Assembly: GCA_965238045.1 (NCBI GenBank)
Contig: CBDEGU010000012.1
Location: forward strand, 1,685,075 to 1,749,074
DNA length: 64,000 bases
Origin: Bryobacterales bacterium
GTDB lineage: Bacteria; Acidobacteriota; Terriglobia; Bryobacterales; UBA6623
Reading direction: 5' to 3'
The notes below the pieces were generated by a model. The model did no database searches. It saw only the letters and a program-made list of their open reading frames with translations, and was not told the DNA's origin. The translations under genes were made by a program, and so were the position numbers. Positions 18,215 to 28,725 of the stretch are shown one piece after another. Position 1 is the first letter of the stretch. Every line of letters begins with the position of its first letter.

Positions 18215-21200
18215 GAATCGGTTTCGCGGCCAGGGGAAGCTCGATGTGGAACGATGTTCCCGCGCCAGGCCGGCTCTCCACCGTTATGTTACCCGAGTGC
18301 TCTTGTATGATGCCGTAGGTTACGGCCAGACCCAGACCGGTGCCGTGCTTGGGGCCCTTGGTGGTGAAGAAGGGGTCGAAGACCTTCCGTGCCTGCTCGG
18401 CCGTCATGCCCCTGCCGGTATCGCTTACCGTGACCCGCGCCGTGCCCGGGCCCGTGCCTGGCGCCGTACCCAAGCCATCGTAGTCGTAGCGGGTCTCGAT
18501 CGTGAGCGTTCCGCCTTCCGGCATGGCGTCGCGCGCGTTCAGAAACAGATTGAGAAACACCTGCTGCAACTTGCCCGCGTTGCCGCGCACGGGAGCCGGT
18601 TCGGGATCCAGATCGGTGCGTACCTGGATTTTTGCCTCGCGGAATTGCGGCCCCACCAGGCTGAGCGTTTCGGTCAAAACCTCGCCCAGGTCGAGCGGCG
18701 AGAGTTCGCGGCGGGTCAGGCGAGAGAAGTTCAGCAGCGAGTTGACGATTTCGCTGGCGCGAAAGCTCTGCGCGGTGATCTTCTCCAGCAGCTTCGCGTC
18801 GCCCGAATCATCCGCCGCCTTGCGCCTGAGCATCTGTGCGTAGCTCGAGATCACTGCCAGCGGAGTGTTCACTTCATGGGCCACGCCAGCGGCCAGCAGA
18901 CCCACCGAACTCAGCTTGTCGGCCTGCACCAGGCGTTCCTCGAGTTCGATTCTCTCGGTTACATCGTCGAAAATAATCAAACGGCCGATGCGCTTGAAGT
19001 CCTTCGCCACCAGCGGGGCGACGGCAATGTTGACGACGCGTTCCTGGCGCCCGCCGCCGGACTCCTTCTCCCCCGCCCCGTTCCCGCCGCCCGCGGGCTG
19101 AAACTCTTCGGGGAAGTCCGCGCCCGCGAGCGGGAACTTGTAGATCGTCCGCAATTCCGATTCCTGGCGCAGGCCGGCCAATTCGCTGGCGAGCTTCGCC
19201 GGCAGCAGCGCCGAAAGCTCTCGCCCCACGGCTTGGGCCCGCGAAATGCCAAAGGTTAGTTCGAGTTGCGTGTTCCAGCTCTCGACCTTGTCATCGAGAC
19301 CAACCGTGCAGATTCCCACGCTCAGCGATTCGACGATATTCTCGCTGTACTCTTTCAGGCGCTGGTACTCATCGGCCTTCGAGGCCAGCGACTCGTAGAG
19401 CCGCGCGTTTTCGAGCGCCATGGCCAGGCTGCCGGAAAGCGTCCCTGCCAGACTCAGATCTTCGCTCGAAAGGTACTCGCCGTTTTTGGTGAGCCCCAGG
19501 CCGAGATAGGCGACGACGCGGCCCCGGGCGCGGCATGGCACATAGTAATGAAGGCCCAGCGGGGCGATCGCATCGGTGAGGGCGGCCGGGCGCCCGCTCC
19601 CGTCGCGCGGGTTCTCAAAGAAGATGTAGGCCTTGCCGCCGCCCGAGAGCAGCGAGGCCTCGAAAAAGCGCAGGTCGAACACACGGTCCCGCACTGGGCC
19701 ACGGAGCTCGGCCATGCCCGCCGCGTGCGCCAAAGCGAAGCCGGCTTCCCCGTTTTCCCGGCGGCTGGCGACCAGCACGGCCATTCTCTCAATGCCAAGC
19801 GTCTGGCTGAGCCGCCGCGAGACCGACGAGAGCATGCGGTCCGTGTCGGTCTCGGTGCTGAGCGTCGAGGCGAACTCGCCCAAGGTTTGCCGGTAGTCGT
19901 AGCGTTCGCGGTAGAAGCGGCGATCGAGAACTGTCTGCATGCGCTTTCTCAGCGGATGAAACAGCAGCGCGCCGGCGACGAGCGAGATCACCCAAATCGC
20001 CGGATCGCGTCCGGCCCACGGGCCCGTCAGCGGACCGGCGCTGAAGATCAGGGCATAGACGGCCCCTAGCAAAGCGGCGGTGGCCGCGGTGTAGGCAGCC
20101 CCGCGCCTCACGACCAGATCCACGTCCATCAGGCGAAACTTGGTGATCGCATAGGCGAAGGCCAGCGGAATCAGGATCAACGAAAAGACCGAAAACTCCT
20201 GCAGCGGCCCTGGCAAGACTCCCGCGGCGAAGGGGACCACATAGCAGGCGGCGAACGGGAACACCCCCCACAGTGTTCCCGCCGCCAGCCATCTTCTCTG
20301 CCGGCGCGACACGAGATCCTCAGAGTTCGGCGCGGCGAAGTTCAGATACAGCGCGCCGCCCACGAAGCAGGAGCCCAGCAGAGCATAGGAAACGCGGTCG
20401 AGCAAAAAACTAAGTTCCGCGGCCGGCAGCGCGGTTTCCAGCCAGCCGGCGGCGGCCCCGTGGTAGATGGCGATCACGGCGGCGGCCGGCAAGTAGACGC
20501 TGGCGCGAAGCACCCGGCCCGTGAATATCCGCCCAGGCGATGACGTTCGCCCGGAACGGCCAAAGCTTAGACAGAAATGCAGGAAGATCGCCGGAGCCAG
20601 CACGGTCGCCCATACATCGCCCCAGTAAATCCAGCGGTCCAAGGCGTCCAGCTTGCCGCTGTAGCTGAAGGCGTAGAGCACGAACGAGGCCAGGCAAAAC
20701 ACATAGAACGGAAGGACCATTGGCCGGCGGCGATGCCGCAACAAAACGGTCAGCCCGATCGCCAAATAACACAAGGCCACGAGCCACAGGAAGGCATACA
20801 TCGGCGTGTTGATCGTCGCCGCCCCGATGACAACCGATCGCTCGACCTCGACGTAGCGAATCCCGGCCGCCGCTCCGGCCGCCGCCCCCCCATCCGCTCC
20901 GGCATCCGGCGTCGGGTGATCGATCGTGTAGAGCGTCGTCCGCCAGGCGCCGCCCTCGAAGAGAAGTTGCGCCAGTTCCGACGGCTGCCTGACGGCCACT
21001 CCGTCGATTCGGCGAAGCAGGTCGCCGGGCTCCACACCGGCCTTCTCGCCTGGTCCGTCCGGGGCCACGCGAAGGGCTTTCAGACCGCCGGAGCCGGCGG
21101 TCCAAACCACACCGTCATCGGGCAATTCGTAGTTCAGGCGCTGCTGCAGGTTCCCCGCCGCCAGCATGACGCAGACCAGGGTCGCCAGCAGCAGCACCGG

Positions 21201-21269
21201 CTTCATCGCCCGAATAGCAAAGCTGTCACTCATTTCGATCCATGTACTCCAGCCGCGACCCAGGCACAC
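18207..21269 (-). CDS. Membrane sensor histidine kinase (PDZ-like, multi-TM, GAF/PAS, HisKA, HATPase)
   Basis: 1020-aa ORF. It has a PDZ-like [18 protein letters not shown] segment, many hydrophobic helices, the H-box VAHEVNTPL, and N/G boxes ([20 protein letters not shown]). Its stop overlaps the regulator start by 8 nt. The true start may be a downstream Met. Confidence 0.85.
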   Translation of the reverse strand: MCLGRGWSTWIEMSDSFAIRAMKPVLLLATLVCVMLAAGNLQQRLNYELPDDGVVWTAGSGGLKALRVAPDGPGEKAGVEPGDLLRRIDGVAVRQPSELAQLLFEGGAWRTTLYTIDHPTPDAGADGGAAAGAAAGIRYVEVERSVVIGAATINTPMYAFLWLVALCYLAIGLTVLLRHRRRPMVLPFYVFCLASFVLYAFSYSGKLDALDRWIYWGDVWATVLAPAIFLHFCLSFGRSGRTSSPGRIFTGRVLRASVYLPAAAVIAIYHGAAAGWLETALPAAELSFLLDRVSYALLGSCFVGGALYLNFAAPNSEDLVSRRQRRWLAAGTLWGVFPFAACYVVPFAAGVLPGPLQEFSVFSLILIPLAFAYAITKFRLMDVDLVVRRGAAYTAATAALLGAVYALIFSAGPLTGPWAGRDPAIWVISLVAGALLFHPLRKRMQTVLDRRFYRERYDYRQTLGEFASTLSTETDTDRMLSSVSRRLSQTLGIERMAVLVASRRENGEAGFALAHAAGMAELRGPVRDRVFDLRFFEASLLSGGGKAYIFFENPRDGSGRPAALTDAIAPLGLHYYVPCRARGRVVAYLGLGLTKNGEYLSSEDLSLAGTLSGSLAMALENARLYESLASKADEYQRLKEYSENIVESLSVGICTVGLDDKVESWNTQLELTFGISRAQAVGRELSALLPAKLASELAGLRQESELRTIYKFPLAGADFPEEFQPAGGGNGAGEKESGGGRQERVVNIAVAPLVAKDFKRIGRLIIFDDVTERIELEERLVQADKLSSVGLLAAGVAHEVNTPLAVISSYAQMLRRKAADDSGDAKLLEKITAQSFRASEIVNSLLNFSRLTRRELSPLDLGEVLTETLSLVGPQFREAKIQVRTDLDPEPAPVRGNAGKLQQVFLNLFLNARDAMPEGGTLTIETRYDYDGLGTAPGTGPGTARVTVSDTGRGMTAEQARKVFDPFFTTKGPKHGTGLGLAVTYGIIQEHSGNITVESRPGAGTSFHIELPLAAKPIHV

Positions 21270-21548
21270 CCGGGGCGCACCTAACCGCAGGCCGTAACCA
21301 ATAGTACTAGCACGCCCCCTGCCAAACCGTGGCCCGCTGAAATTTCGGAATTAGCTGAAAAATCGACAGTTATGGCGCATCCAAACAGGCCGATCGGTTC
21401 CAGAATACGGATTTCCGTAGGAGCCAATCTGTTTTTTGGAAGCTTTTCCGCCAGTAACCGAATCCTGCCGCACGTCCTGCCGCACGAAACCTGCCCCGCG
21501 GACCGGCCCAATTCTTGCCCAGCGGCCGGTCTCACTCCGCTGTATCTC

Positions 21549-23141
21549 TCACCCTGGGTAACGGCGGGCGAGCCACCTTTCGAGGTCTTCCATCGAAGCC
21601 CAATCGGGTTCTTGCGTGACGCCATAGCCGGGCCGTTGCAGGCTTTCGCAGCGGACTTCGCCGTGGCGAATCTTGAGGAACCACTCTGCTTGACCCTCTG
21701 CTTGACCCTCTGCTGGACCCTCTTCTGGGCCCTCTTCTGGGCCCTCTTCTGGGCTCCGCTGCGTGTACATGTCGGGGTGATCGCGAACGACGCCCGCCTT
21801 GTCCTTTCGAGAGAGCATCGAGAGGCCGTAGTTATAGTGATGGCCATTGCGCTCGCAGTGCTCGATGCCAAGCACGGCGAGTGAGGCGAAATCCTGGTGC
21901 AGCGGGACAACGGGCAGATTTTGCAGATCCTCGCCGCTGAGGAAAGCGAAGTTCCCCTCGCGCTGGTAGCGGGTGACCAGAGCCCGATTCATGAGCGATT
22001 TGAAGAAACCCTTGCAGTTCTTGTGCGAAGCCCCGAGATAGCCGATCTTGAAGGCTCGTCGATAGCTTGAGAGGTTGCTGTCGGCCTCGTCGATCAGCAG
22101 CGGTTTAAGCCGTCCGATGCGGCGGATCGCCGGCTCGGTCGCCGCGTCCAGCGTGAGTCTGCGGGGCAGCGGCTGTTCAATCCACAACAAATGCTGAAAC
22201 AGGCCAAGCTGCTGGCTCTTGAGATCGTTGACGAAGGCCTCGAACTCCCCCAGATCCCCATAAGCCTCGTTGGCGTCCATGGTCAGGCTCGGCATGGCGA
22301 GCTGAGGCGAGTCGCCACTGGAGACCACTTCCCAGATGCGCGCCAGGCGGCGCAGATCATGCCGCCTCTCGCCCGAGAGCTTGATCTTGAAATACTCGAG
22401 GCCGTCGGTGCGTATGTACTCCTCGAGCGTCTCGGGCAGGCCATCGTTGACGCGCTGCTCCGCTGGCAGATCCTCGCCCGTGATGGGGTCGGAATTGCCC
22501 ACCGTGTGACGGATGCGAAACCGTGTAAGCGGCCTGGGCGCGGTGTAGTCCGCCGGCACCACACCCTCTAGCTCGGGATGCACACGCCAGGGCTGAAAGC
22601 CAAACCGGTCGCCGCGAACCATGGCGAAGATCGGCTTGCCGGCGAGTCGGCACACGGCGTCGAGCATCGCCCTCTCGAGCAGCGCGGAGACAAACGACGA
22701 GGTTAGATCCTCTTGGCCCCGCCGCCGCCCCGCGCGCATGAGTTTCCCGTGACAGTCAAGCCATTGATCGAAGGGATTCTCAAAGGTTCCCCTTGTACTT
22801 TGTGGGGCTATGCCTTTGGGAAAAGAAGCATTCTTGGAGGGAGAAGTATCTTCCCCGGAAGAGAGGTAAATCTCGCGGGCATCCGCTATCAGCCGGACCA
22901 TCTCGCGCAGCTTGCGGGCTTTCGCGCGCCCCGGCCGCTTGTCGAGCCAGCGGACCGACAGCCGGTCAGCCGAACAGCCGAAGGTTTCGTTGCCATCGGA
23001 GTCGCGAACAATCATGCGCACGTGCGCCAGAGGGTTTGTCGAGCGCGAGCCTTGCGCTCCCATCTTGCCGATCGACATCGACACCCGATTGGGCGCAGTC
23101 TCCCGCATGTAGAGTTCAATCGATTGGATACGGTAAGCCAC
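21549..23141 (-). CDS. Enolase-superfamily (MR/MLE-like) protein with a C-terminal repeat-containing extension
   Basis: 530 aa. The pattern FKIKLSG ... MDANEAY ... WIEQPL ... LIDEAD fits the KxK/D/E/D metal-ligand layout of the superfamily. Assignment is from memory only. Confidence 0.5.
   Translation of the reverse strand: MAYRIQSIELYMRETAPNRVSMSIGKMGAQGSRSTNPLAHVRMIVRDSDGNETFGCSADRLSVRWLDKRPGRAKARKLREMVRLIADAREIYLSSGEDTSPSKNASFPKGIAPQSTRGTFENPFDQWLDCHGKLMRAGRRRGQEDLTSSFVSALLERAMLDAVCRLAGKPIFAMVRGDRFGFQPWRVHPELEGVVPADYTAPRPLTRFRIRHTVGNSDPITGEDLPAEQRVNDGLPETLEEYIRTDGLEYFKIKLSGERRHDLRRLARIWEVVSSGDSPQLAMPSLTMDANEAYGDLGEFEAFVNDLKSQQLGLFQHLLWIEQPLPRRLTLDAATEPAIRRIGRLKPLLIDEADSNLSSYRRAFKIGYLGASHKNCKGFFKSLMNRALVTRYQREGNFAFLSGEDLQNLPVVPLHQDFASLAVLGIEHCERNGHHYNYGLSMLSRKDKAGVVRDHPDMYTQRSPEEGPEEGPEEGPAEGQAEGQAEWFLKIRHGEVRCESLQRPGYGVTQEPDWASMEDLERWLARRYPG
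21684..21755. repeat. Six tandem copies of a 12-nt unit inside the enolase-like CDS
   Basis: The units are ctctgcttgacc x2, ctctgctggacc, ctcttctgggcc x2 and ctcttctgggct. They encode SPEE-GPEE-GPEE-GPAE-GQAE-GQAE on the minus strand. Confidence 0.9.
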
Positions 23142-23223
23142 GGGCTACTAGCAGTGTCGCAACGCGGACGGAACTGCGCAATGGGCCGGCCGCACGAATC
23201 CTTCCACCTCGAAGCGGCGAGGA

Positions 23224-25508
23224 CTAGTAGTCCAGCAAGTAGCTGAACTTGACGAAGAGGGCGCGCGAGAGCGTCCGGCGCTCGATGTCGTGGGGATCGA
23301 GGAAATCCCTCGTCGAGGTCGCGGTATTGTAGACGACGAAAAATCCGGTGCTGGAAGTCGAGAGCAGCCCCAGCCGGATATTGTGTCCGATCTGATTCGT
23401 CACCGTGTTGTACTGGCTGAAGGTCTGCAAGAAACTCTTCGGCGTGAACGACCAGTTGAAGCGCAACCCCACAAGATCGGTGTTGAACTTGCCGGTCGGC
23501 AAGTCGATGAAGTTCCGCACCCAGCTTCCGGTCCAGGTCAGATTCTTGCCCCGGCGGACACCGCCCCGGGGCTGAGCGTCCGTATCGTGCCGTTATAGAA
23601 ATCTCCTTTCGCCGCATTCCCGCTGATGAAAACCGTGGCGCTGGGATCGGTTCCGAAGTTAGCAATCAGTTCATTGAACTGATACCGGCCGATGGGAATA
23701 AACACCCCAGGATAGACTTCAAACGGAACATCGAGCCGTTCAAAGTTGCGGTTGTGGGCCAGCCCGAGCCGGCCCCCATTCTGCCAGCGCGTATCCACGT
23801 GATAATGTTCAAACGCCGACTCCTTCTCGTTGCTCCCCAGCGTGTACCACCTTGTTGACAACAAATGCGGCTCGATGCTGCGAATGCGGCTGTTGTCGAG
23901 ATAGTGCGTGTAGCGGTAGAAATAGTTCGGTTTGCGATAACCCGCCCGGCGAAGAAAACCAACTTCCGGATTGAAGTTGTGACCCACCTCCAGGTATCCC
24001 AAGCTGAACTGGTGCCGGGAGTCATCGTATTCGAACCGTGACGAGTACGCATGGTCGCTGCCGATGAGTTGAGGGCTTTCGGTCTTCGCCGCGTAGTTGA
24101 ACCAGTTGGCATACTTTCCAAATCCGAAATTCGCGTCGACGCCATAGGTCCGGTTGAAGCGGGGAGCGTCTTCGAACCGGGTCGTCGACTGGCGGTTCAC
24201 TCCGATGACGCCGATCGAGGAACGATTGGGCAGCTCACGGCTAAACCGGGCTACGGAATAGTTGTTCGCCGGCGCCGCGCCGTCGACCGAGCGTGTTTGC
24301 ATGTTGAGCACGCCGACCTGATACGGCCCGACCTTTCCGCTCAGGCGCACGCCTCCGTCGATGGGCACTGGGTTGCGGTCCTCATCCAGCCCGATGCGCC
24401 GGGAAAAGAAGAGTTCGACTTCGCGAGGCGTGCCGAACTCGAAGATGCCTGAGTTTTCGAGAAAGAACGGCCGCTTCTCGGGAAAGAACAGGTCAAACCG
24501 CGTCAGGTTGACCTGCTCGTCATCGACCTCGACCTGTGCGAAATCCGTGTTTACGGTCGCGTCGAGCGTGAGTCCTGGAGTGAGGCTGTACTTGAGATCG
24601 AGCCCGGCGTCGCGCTCCATCTTCGTTGCCTCGCCGGATCGCTGGTAGTCCTGCGAGAAACCACCCAGCACATAGGGCAGCAGTTTTAAGTTTCGCTGGG
24701 TCGTGGTCTCGAGTCCCTCGAGCGATCCCGCGCTGCTCACTTGGGTCAGCCTAAAAGCACGCGAGATCGGCGACCAAAAAGAAAGCTCGTTGCGCCGCCG
24801 CAAGTTGCGCATGATGTTCACGCCCCAGAGCCCCTCGCCAGTCCGGTAGCGCAGCGTGCGAAACGGAATCACCATCTCGCTTTCCCAGCCACGCGCGGTG
24901 ATCTGGGAGCGCACTTCCCAAACCGCGTCCCAGTTTAGATTGAACGCCGTCGCGCCTCCGCGCTGAGCGCCGCCTTGGCCGCCGGCCCGGGCCGGCCCCC
25001 CTCCTCCTCCGCGGGACTGGCCCGCTTTCGAGACCTGGGCGTCGAACTCGATGCCGGTCGGGCTCGTGCCGAAGATCACCGCGTTCTGGTCGTCGTTGAA
25101 GGTGTCAAGCAAGATCTGCACCGAATCAGTGTCGTCGAGTTCGCCATCCCGCCGGTTCTGTGTAACGACAATATTCTCGGGCTGGGAATCGAAACAGATG
25201 ATCGAGATGTAGAGATTCTGGTCATCGAAGGCAAAACGGACTTCGGTCCTCTCGGGCGAGGGCTCTCCCTCGTCCGGGTTCTGCTGAATGAAGTCCGTAG
25301 CCGGCTCGATCCGCTGCCACATTCGTTCGCTGACGAGTCCGTCAAGCTTGGGCGGCGTTTCAATACGGATCGCCCGCACGACGCGCTCCTCGGCAGGCCC
25401 TTGCTGCGCCAAGGCCGCGGGCGGCGGCCAGAAAAACACACATAACAGCACAGCCACGCATAGCGGCACGACAAACAGAGACTGAAATTTCATGGGGTAC
25501 TCGAACAA
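23224..25508 (-). pseudogene. DUF5916-like (CBM9-like N-terminus, beta-barrel C-terminus) protein with a frameshift
   Basis: The 656-aa ORF stops at 23538 (...GDFYNGTIRTLSPGAVSAGARI*). The -1 frame continues ...RRGKNLTWTGSWVRNFIDLPTGKFNTDLVGLRFNWSF...KFSYLLDY* to 23224. The switch lies at or near the CCCCGGGG run (23564-23571). Confidence 0.6.
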
Positions 25509-25558
25509 GCGGCCTCAAGTCAGCTGGAACAACCAGGTTGGAATGTTAGGCCAAAACG

Positions 25559-26809
25559 TTAGCTTGGAACGTGCCGGGCCACCGCGCGGAAGGCCCATCT
25601 CGCCGCCTCGATCGTCTCAACGACCTCGGTCTCGGCGTGCACGGTGGATATGTACCAGCGGCCATCCGGCAGCAGGTAGATGCCGTTATCGAGCATCGCT
25701 TCGAGCCAAATGCCAAGACGGCCCGACGGCGGACTGGTCAATCCGCGCGAATCCGCGACTGCGCCTTCGTCGGGGAAGACCATCTTGAATACCGTACCGA
25801 CGCCGCGGATCGTGAGCGGTACGCCAACCTCGGCGGCGGCGGCGCGCAGCCCGGCCATGATCTTCTCGCCGGTGCGATCGGCCGCCTGGAGCACCGCGGC
25901 GTCATCGCGCGCAAGCTCCGCCAGGGTTGCTTCCGCGGCCGCCAGCACGGTCGGGTTTCCATTGAAGCTGCCTCCATGGAGCACGGTGGCGTCTTCGATT
26001 AGTTTCATGATCTCGCCGCTTCCGGCGATCACGCTGAGAGGGAAACCGCCGGCCACCGCTTTGCCGAAGGTCGCCAGATCGGGCGTAATGCCGTATAGCG
26101 TCTGCGCACCGCCTAGGTGCACCCGGAAGCCTGTAATCACTTCGTCGAAAATCAAGACGATGCCGTGTCTTTTCGTGATCTCGCGCAGCCCCTGCAAGTA
26201 GCCTTCCTCGGGCAAGATACAGCCGCCGTTGCAGAGGATCGGTTCCAGAATCACGCAGGCAATTTCACCGGCGCATTCGGCGATGGACTTCTCGACCGCG
26301 CCGAGGTCGTTCCACGGAAGGAAGATCGTATCGGGCGGCGTCTCCAGCCAGCCGTGGTAGTGGGCATGAAACCGCAGGATGCGCCTGCGGCCGGTAAAGG
26401 CGCGGGAGAGACGAAAGGCGATCTGGTCGGCCTCGGTGCCGGTGTTGCTAAAGAGAACGCGATCGGCGCAGGGGATCAGTTCCACCAGCTTCTCGGCCAC
26501 GGTGATTTCGCGTTCGTGCTGCGCGCCGTAGTCCCAGCCTCGCCGCAGCGTGTCCTCGACGGCGGTCACGATCGCCGGATGACAGTGCCCTAGAATCAGC
26601 GGCCCCCAGGCCAGCGTGTAATCGATGTAGGTGTTGCCGTCCACGTCGGTGATGCGAGCGCCTTCGCCGTGATCGAAGTAGAGCGGATGCGGTACCGACT
26701 TGGCGCGAAAGGCGCTGCTCACGCCGCTGGCAAGCGACTTCTTGGCGCGAGCGAGAAGTTCCCGCGACCGTCGCCGGTCGGCGACTACGGCTGCTGTATC
26801 TTCTGACAT
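25559..26809 (-). CDS. Class III (GSA-aminomutase-like) PLP-dependent aminotransferase
   Basis: 416 aa. It has GVSSAFRA...PLYFDHGEGARITDVDGNTYIDYTLAWGPLILGH and FDEVITGFR motifs. Confidence 0.8.
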   Translation of the reverse strand: MSEDTAAVVADRRRSRELLARAKKSLASGVSSAFRAKSVPHPLYFDHGEGARITDVDGNTYIDYTLAWGPLILGHCHPAIVTAVEDTLRRGWDYGAQHEREITVAEKLVELIPCADRVLFSNTGTEADQIAFRLSRAFTGRRRILRFHAHYHGWLETPPDTIFLPWNDLGAVEKSIAECAGEIACVILEPILCNGGCILPEEGYLQGLREITKRHGIVLIFDEVITGFRVHLGGAQTLYGITPDLATFGKAVAGGFPLSVIAGSGEIMKLIEDATVLHGGSFNGNPTVLAAAEATLAELARDDAAVLQAADRTGEKIMAGLRAAAAEVGVPLTIRGVGTVFKMVFPDEGAVADSRGLTSPPSGRLGIWLEAMLDNGIYLLPDGRWYISTVHAETEVVETIEAARWAFRAVARHVPS

Positions 26810-26970
26810 CGTGATTACCCCTGAACAAGCGCCCGCGAGACCCCCTCGGCCGCGGTACGCCCTGCGAACTAATGGTCAATTCTAACAATTTTTCCGGCGC
26901 TTGGGTTGCCGTAATCCGCCCTGCTTGCTAGCCTTTGGCTGTCTGTCTGTTCCCTGAAGGAGAATTTCCG

Positions 26971-27879
26971 ATGACTCGACGTGAATACCTGGCGCTCGCC
27001 GCCGCGACTGGCTCCAGCGCCGTCTCCGCCAATACGAGCGCCGCGCCCGCCGCTCCGCCCGTCGTCAACGGCGCCGAACACGCCTGGGTTCTCCACGATC
27101 CCCGGTTCCCGCTCAACCGGCGATTGTCGAACTGCCCGAATAGTGATCCGAAGCGTGAATACTCGATGGACCATCTGCTTTCACAGATGGGAACCTATGG
27201 TATCGACAAAGTCGTCGTTAGCCACGTATGTAACTACGGTACCGACAACTCCTACCCGGCGCACATCTTAAAACAGCACCCCAGCCGCTTCGCCGCCATT
27301 GGACTGCTGGTCGGCTACCGGCTGCACCGTCCCGGCGACCCGGAAAACCCCGGCCGCCTCGAACGCTTGGTCAAGGAGCAGGGGTTTTCCGGACTGCGTC
27401 TGAGTACGATCTACGACAAGGACGTCGTGTGGATGAACGATCCTCTCAGCTACCCGCTATGGAAGAAGGCCGAGGAGCTCGGAGCGGTCTTCAATATCTT
27501 TCTGGCGCCGAACCAGATTGCGCAAGTGGCCGACATGGCCCAGCGCTTCCCCGGCGTGAAGATCGTGATCGATCATTTCGCCATGATCGATATCACCCGT
27601 CCAGAGAGCGAAGGCATCGTCCCGCTGCTCAACCTCGACCGCTTCCCCAATGTCACGATTCGAACCTCGCTCCACAACCCCTCACGCGAGCAGATACCCT
27701 ACCGCGATATGTGGCCCCACTTAGAGCGCGTCTACGACCGCTTCGGTCCCCGGCGGATGGTCTATGCCAACTTCTACGAACTGCTAATCATGAAAGATTT
27801 GATCCCATTTTTCACCGCCGAAGACAAGAAATGGATCCTCGGCGGCAACGCGATGGAGATCTATCGCTTCGACCGCTAA
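26971..27879 (+). CDS. Amidohydrolase-2 (TIM-barrel metal hydrolase) family protein with Tat-like leader
   Basis: ATG 26971 is preceded by GAAGGAGA. The leader is MTRREYLALAAATGSS. An IDHFA motif is present. The track ORF starts earlier, at 26935. Confidence 0.7.
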   Translation: MTRREYLALAAATGSSAVSANTSAAPAAPPVVNGAEHAWVLHDPRFPLNRRLSNCPNSDPKREYSMDHLLSQMGTYGIDKVVVSHVCNYGTDNSYPAHILKQHPSRFAAIGLLVGYRLHRPGDPENPGRLERLVKEQGFSGLRLSTIYDKDVVWMNDPLSYPLWKKAEELGAVFNIFLAPNQIAQVADMAQRFPGVKIVIDHFAMIDITRPESEGIVPLLNLDRFPNVTIRTSLHNPSREQIPYRDMWPHLERVYDRFGPRRMVYANFYELLIMKDLIPFFTAEDKKWILGGNAMEIYRFDR

Positions 27880-27948
27880 ACCGCGCGCCGCGACCCTGGC
27901 GCCGCCGCCCGGGACACGTCGAGGGCGCATGTTAGAATCACGCACAAG

Positions 27949-28024
27949 GGGCCCTTAGCTCAGCGGTTAGAGCTGCGGACTCATAATCCGTAGGTCGTAG
28001 GTTCGAATCCTACAGGGCCCACCA
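27949..28024 (+). tRNA. tRNA-Met (anticodon CAT); elongator-like, lysidine-Ile2 not excluded
   Basis: 76 nt. Acceptor stem GGGCCCT/AGGGCCC, D arm AGCTCAGCGGTTAGAGC, anticodon loop CTCATAA, T arm GTAGGTTCGAATCCTAC, encoded CCA. The 1-72 pair is G-C, so it is not initiator-like. Confidence 0.9.
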
Positions 28025-28725
28025 TTCTTTTCAACAACTTACGGCTCAGTTCGCCCTCGCCGCTAGATCCTCGGTAGCCACGTTGGTAGCCACTGGGCTC
28101 AGAATCTCGTCCATTTGCGATGCAACCTCCTTCTGGAGTGCGGGGATAACATGGCTGTATGTATTCATCGTAAGGCTGATCTGGCTGTGACCCAGCGTTT
28201 CCATTACCAACCGTGGATGCACCCCTTTGAGCAGCAGCAAGCTGGCGCAAACATGCCTGAGATCATGAAACCGCATCCGTCTCAATCCGCTTTTCTGTAG
28301 GAGTCTTTGAAAACGCTTCGTTACGTTGGTACCGTCGAGAGGTGTGCCGATCTTGGTTGTAAAAACGAAGCCGGTCTCCCGCCAGCGTGAGCCAGCAACC
28401 AAGCGTTCCTTCGCTTGCACAGCCCGATGGCGCCAAAGAGCAGCCTTTAGAAACTGAGGTAGATATAGAGTTCGGCGGCTCTTCAACGTCTTGGGCTCGA
28501 CGAGAGTGAGCTGCTTCTCGATACGCTGAAGCGCATAGCGCACGGTCAAAGTCCCCTGGTCGAGATCGACAGCGTCCCAGAGAAGCCCGAGCGCCTCTCC
28601 TTGGCGTAGCCCGACAGCGACAGCAAGGATAAAGAGTGCTTCGAGCCGATCTCCACCGATCGCGTCGAGGAACGACTGAACCTCTGAGGGAGTCATCGGC
28701 TGAACTTCCGGCCGCCGGACTTGTG

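Noticed and set aside
21684-21755. The short tandem repeat was checked as a possible CRISPR array
   Set aside because: The units are 12 nt, contiguous with no spacers, and lie in frame inside a CDS.
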